DNA of 64,000 bases. It comes from an uncultured Gemmatimonadales bacterium (GTDB taxonomy: Bacteria > Gemmatimonadota > Gemmatimonadetes > Gemmatimonadales > GWC2-71-9). Below, one piece after another: positions 60,655 to 64,000 of the stretch (position 1 is its first letter; each line of letters starts with the position of its first letter). Under the pieces are notes generated by a model. It made no database searches, was not told the origin of the DNA, and worked only from the letters and a program-made list of their open reading frames with translations. The stretch is from assembly GCA_963842945.1 (NCBI GenBank), contig CAWJIM010000018.1, forward strand, positions 32,001 to 96,000. Direction: 5' to 3'. The position numbers and the translations under genes are program-made.

Positions 60655-61176
60655 TCACTTCGGCGCCAGCACCATCGTCATGTTGCGGCCTTCGAGCTTG
60701 GCGTCGGACTCGATCTTTCCCACGTCGGCCAGGCTCGCAGCCACCCGATCGAGCACCGCCTTCCCCAGTTCCAGATGCGCCATCTGCCGCCCCCGGAACA
60801 TCATCGTCACCTTGACCTTGTTTCCATCGCCCAGGAACTCGCGCGCATGACGGGTCTTGAAGTCGAAATCATGATCGTCGATGCCTGGCCGGTACTTCAC
60901 TTCCTTGAGCTGAATGACGTGCTGCTTCTTCTTTGCTGCCCGCGCCGCCTTGGCCTCCTCGAACTTGAACTTCCCGTAGTCCATGATCTTGACCACCGGG
61001 GGGCGGGCGGTGGGCGCCACCTCCACAAGATCCAGTCCGCGTTCCATTGCCGCCGCCAAGGCCTCTTCGATCGGCAGCACGCCGAGTTGTTCGCCAGCAG
61101 CGGTGATCACCCGCACCGGGCTGATCCGGATCATCCGGTTGACGCGGATTCGCTTTTCACGATCGTTTGTGGCCAG
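60655..61176 (-). CDS. infC: Translation initiation factor IF-3 (probable CTG start)
   Basis: LDLVEVAP...PPV.KIMDYGK, KVKVT..FRGR; GGAGG 6 nt before in-frame CTG. Confidence 0.95.
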   Translation of the reverse strand: MATNDREKRIRVNRMIRISPVRVITAAGEQLGVLPIEEALAAAMERGLDLVEVAPTARPPVVKIMDYGKFKFEEAKAARAAKKKQHVIQLKEVKYRPGIDDHDFDFKTRHAREFLGDGNKVKVTMMFRGRQMAHLELGKAVLDRVAASLADVGKIESDAKLEGRNMTMVLAPK

Positions 61177-61193
61177 TGCATGCCTCCAGGCAA

Positions 61194-61341
61194 TAAAAGA
61201 AAAAGAGCACCCGGCAATGACCGGGTGCCCACGACCGAAGCACGGTGGCAGTGCCACCTGAACGCCTCGAAGCCAGGACCCGGCTGCGCTGCGGCATCGG
61301 GCCGGCAGGCTCAGGGTGGAGGAGCCTGAGCTCCTCACTTA
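61194..61341 (-). promoter_or_regulatory. Structured infC leader with terminator-like hairpin (L20-leader-like)
   Basis: GAGGAGC-TCAG-GCTCCTC hairpin; GGGCACCCGG-TCATTG-CCGGGTGCTC followed by TTTTTCTTTT just before the RBS. Confidence 0.6.
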
Positions 61342-61353
61342 CAGGCCGGGAAC

Positions 61354-62295
61354 CTAGCGGGCAAGCGGAGGAGTGTCAACCGAAAGCTGGGGCACAGGTT
61401 CGGGCGCGGCAGTGATCTCCCGCAGCTCGATTCCCTTCCCCTCGCGCACTGGCCGGGCCATGGCCACCCGGGGATCGTGCTCGAAGATCATCCGCCAACC
61501 GCCTGCCACCGCGTCGGCCAGAAAAGCGCGCTTGCTTTCCAGCGTGCGAAGCGGCTCGAGGTCGTATCCCATGATCCAGGGAAGCGGCAGATGGGCCGTG
61601 GTAGGGAATAAATCGCCGACGAAGACTCCCGTCTCGCCGCCGCTCTCGATCAACAGCACCTGGTGATAGGGCACGTGCCCGGGAGTCACTCGGGCTCGGA
61701 TCCCGGGAAGAATTTCGCCGTCACCGTCCAGCAGCCGCCAGCGATCGGCTGCCGCGACTGGGTCGAAGTTATGGGGCAGGTAGCTGGCCCGGGTACGCTC
61801 GTTGGTATGCCGGGCAAACTCGAGCTCGCCCCGCTGCACGACATAGGTCGCGTTGGGGAACGTCATCCGGATGTGACGACGGGGATCGTTCTCCAGATCG
61901 GGATCCATGGTGGTGTTGCCCCCCGCGTGGTCGAAGTGCAGATGGGTGTTGATCACCCACTTCACCTCCCGGGGAAGGAAGCCGGCAGAGGCCAGCGCAT
62001 CCTCCAGCTGGGTGGCGCCCTCCAGTCCCTGATTCTCCACGCCGTAGATGTCCAGGAACCTGGCGTCCTCCTTGTTACCCAGGGCGGTGTCGATCAGAAC
62101 CAGACCATCGGGATGCTCCACCAGCACACAGCGCATGGCCAGGGGAATGCGGTTGCGGTCATCGGGCTCGATCCGGGTCTTCCAGAGAGTGCGCGGCACG
62201 ACGCCGAACATTGCTCCACCATCCAGCCGCTGCCGGCCGCCTTCGAGCGTATGACAGCGGAGCCGTCCTATGGTGAACGACCTCTGCAGAGTCAA
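61354..62295 (-). CDS. MBL-fold metallo-hydrolase (YtnP-like)
   Basis: LDGGAMFGVVP, THLHFDHAGG, GH, MGYD, FEHD. Confidence 0.92.
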   Translation of the reverse strand: MTLQRSFTIGRLRCHTLEGGRQRLDGGAMFGVVPRTLWKTRIEPDDRNRIPLAMRCVLVEHPDGLVLIDTALGNKEDARFLDIYGVENQGLEGATQLEDALASAGFLPREVKWVINTHLHFDHAGGNTTMDPDLENDPRRHIRMTFPNATYVVQRGELEFARHTNERTRASYLPHNFDPVAAADRWRLLDGDGEILPGIRARVTPGHVPYHQVLLIESGGETGVFVGDLFPTTAHLPLPWIMGYDLEPLRTLESKRAFLADAVAGGWRMIFEHDPRVAMARPVREGKGIELREITAAPEPVPQLSVDTPPLAR

Positions 62296-63167
62296 TGCAG
62301 CTCCTCCTGGCAGGAATCCTCGCGGGGAGGCGTAGGCATGGCGCTCCGGCGACGGCGGCGGCGGCGCGAGCGGCGGGACTCGATCGAGGCGAGGTCGTGC
62401 AGCGTGCGCGCACCCTCTTCCCGGGCGAGCATCAGCAATCGCGCCAACAGCTCGGCGGTAACCAGGGCGTCGCCCGCGGCCCGATGCCGGGCGTTGTTGC
62501 GGAAGCCGAAGAATCGGCAAAGGTTGTCCAGCCCGCAGGAACGCACCCCCTTTACCAGGCGGCGCGCGAGCCGGACGGTACAGAGTCGGGTTCCTCCCAG
62601 GGTGAGATCCTGGGACCGCCGCAGCTCTGCGCTGACGAAGTTCCAGTCGAAGCGGGCATTGTGGGCGACGAAGATCCTCCCCGACAGCACCGCCAGAATT
62701 CGCTCAGCCAGCTCGGCAAAGCGAGGCGCGTGACGCACCATCTCGTCGGTGATGTTGGTGATGGCGCAGACGGCACGGGGTATCGGGCGCTCCGGGTTGA
62801 CCAGCGACTCGAACACGATCTCCCGCCGGCTCCCATGGACTACCGCCACCGCGATCTCGGTGATCCGGTCGCCGAACCCCGCTCGCGCGCCGGTCGTCTC
62901 CACGTCCACTACCGCAAAGGCGCAATCATCCAGGAGCGGAGATCCATGGGCCTCGGGCACCAGGGACCAGCGCCCGTCCTCCAGCAGCCGCACCCTCGGG
63001 TCCGCGCCCAGCAGGGCGAAGGCAAGCCGGTCACAGATGGCCCCCGGGGCGTTGAACAGTCCGAGGATGTCGCGGCAGAGCGCAGCGGGAGCGCGCGGCC
63101 CGCCATGCAGCTGGAGCAAGACCCGCTCGAGCAGTGTGCTGTCCGGATAGGCGGAGGTGCCGATCAC
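62292..63167 (-). CDS. DEDDh 3'-5' exonuclease (DnaQ/PolC-like)
   Basis: VDVETTG, AHNARFD, HRAAGDA. Confidence 0.92.
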   Translation of the reverse strand: MIGTSAYPDSTLLERVLLQLHGGPRAPAALCRDILGLFNAPGAICDRLAFALLGADPRVRLLEDGRWSLVPEAHGSPLLDDCAFAVVDVETTGARAGFGDRITEIAVAVVHGSRREIVFESLVNPERPIPRAVCAITNITDEMVRHAPRFAELAERILAVLSGRIFVAHNARFDWNFVSAELRRSQDLTLGGTRLCTVRLARRLVKGVRSCGLDNLCRFFGFRNNARHRAAGDALVTAELLARLLMLAREEGARTLHDLASIESRRSRRRRRRRSAMPTPPREDSCQEELH

Positions 63168-64000
63168 ACCGGCTCCCGGCGGAGCGGAAGCGACATGCAG
63201 CGGGGGCCGCCGCCCCCGCGGGCCAGCTCGCTGCCCTCGACGGTGATCACCGTGCGGTGCTTGGCATCGGTCCAGTCGTCGAACGCGAGAAAAGTCGCCG
63301 CGGGCAGCACCCGGAATCCCGCTGCCATCAGGGCGCACAAGGTCTGCTCGTTGCGCCGGTAGCTCACCAGGGTACCCGGCCGGACCGCCAGGAAATTGCA
63401 CGCCGAGCTCCACTGTTCCCGCTCCTGATTGATCCGCCGCTCGCCGCCGGCAAACACCGGCTGGAGCGGGAGGCCGACCTGGCGCAGGGCGGCGAAGAAG
63501 TCGGGCTCTTCCGTCACACCGTCGGTGCCTTTGCGCCGGTGAATGACCGGCAGCCGCTCGGGTCCCACAAAGAACGGCGGATACACCACGCACAGCTCCT
63601 GGTCGACCTGGCTGAAGATCATGTCGAGGTGAATGGCGGTGGGGGCCTTCGGCATGACCACCACCAGCACGTCGGTGACCTGGCCCCGCTCGAAGACGGT
63701 GTCGCACAGGGTGTCCAGCGCCGCGGGCGAGGTGCGCTCGCTGAAGCCCACGACCAGAAGGTCGGGACGGAGATAGTGCACGTCGCCCCCTTCCAGAGTG
63801 TAGTTGCTTCGCCGCTCTTCCGATCCGTCGTACAGCAGTCCGGAGTTGGCCAGTTCGGGATGAAACCGGAACAGCGCCTTGATCAACAGCTCCTCGGTCC
63901 AGCGCACGCCGTATCGCATCGAGCCGACCACCACGTGGTCGCCGATCACCATGCCGATGTCGCGGGGGAAAAACAGGTTGGGCAGCGGTGGAAACGCAAA
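63164..64000 (-). CDS. arcA: Arginine deiminase (5' end outside window)
   Basis: PLPNLFFPRD, LEGGD, HLD, EQW...N, SELARGGGGPRCMS.PL.R. Confidence 0.92.
   Translation of the reverse strand, partial: FAFPPLPNLFFPRDIGMVIGDHVVVGSMRYGVRWTEELLIKALFRFHPELANSGLLYDGSEERRSNYTLEGGDVHYLRPDLLVVGFSERTSPAALDTLCDTVFERGQVTDVLVVVMPKAPTAIHLDMIFSQVDQELCVVYPPFFVGPERLPVIHRRKGTDGVTEEPDFFAALRQVGLPLQPVFAGGERRINQEREQWSSACNFLAVRPGTLVSYRRNEQTLCALMAAGFRVLPAATFLAFDDWTDAKHRTVITVEGSELARGGGGPRCMSLPLRREPV

Noticed and set aside
1..64000. Many long overlapping antisense or alternate-frame ORFs in the ORF track
   Set aside because: They are Arg/Pro/Ala-rich shadows of real genes, expected in high-GC DNA, with no recognisable motifs.

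Overview
The window looks like two unrelated genomes joined at about 16,895. Left part (1-16.9 kb): high-GC Actinomycetota-type DNA (Thermoleophilia/Gaiella-like by inference). It carries a glnII-acetyltransferase-glnK-amtB nitrogen operon and the fhaA-fhaB-pstP-rodA-pbpA-pknB cluster, with pknB cut off just after its TM helix. Right part (16.9-64 kb): diderm DNA (Gemmatimonadota-like by inference). It has many small accessory genes, a 514-bp GxxExxY nuclease unit bounded by ~110-bp inverted repeats (with a solo repeat copy 3 kb away), and a 7.5-kb phage-satellite-like island integrated at tRNA-Leu(TAA) (56-bp att duplication, tyrosine integrase, excisionase-like, TerS-like, kinase-TPR cargo). 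A decayed second island lies beside it, with an attC-like and a c-di-GMP-riboswitch-like remnant. A long minus-strand housekeeping run follows (arcA, dnaQ-like, infC-rpmI-rplT-pheST-zapBA-rny-folD-xseAB-ispA-dxs-nadK-recN, galK). Many frameshifts, including in essential genes, point to low-coverage long-read indel errors, so pseudogene calls are unreliable. All family calls are by eye; no database searches were run.
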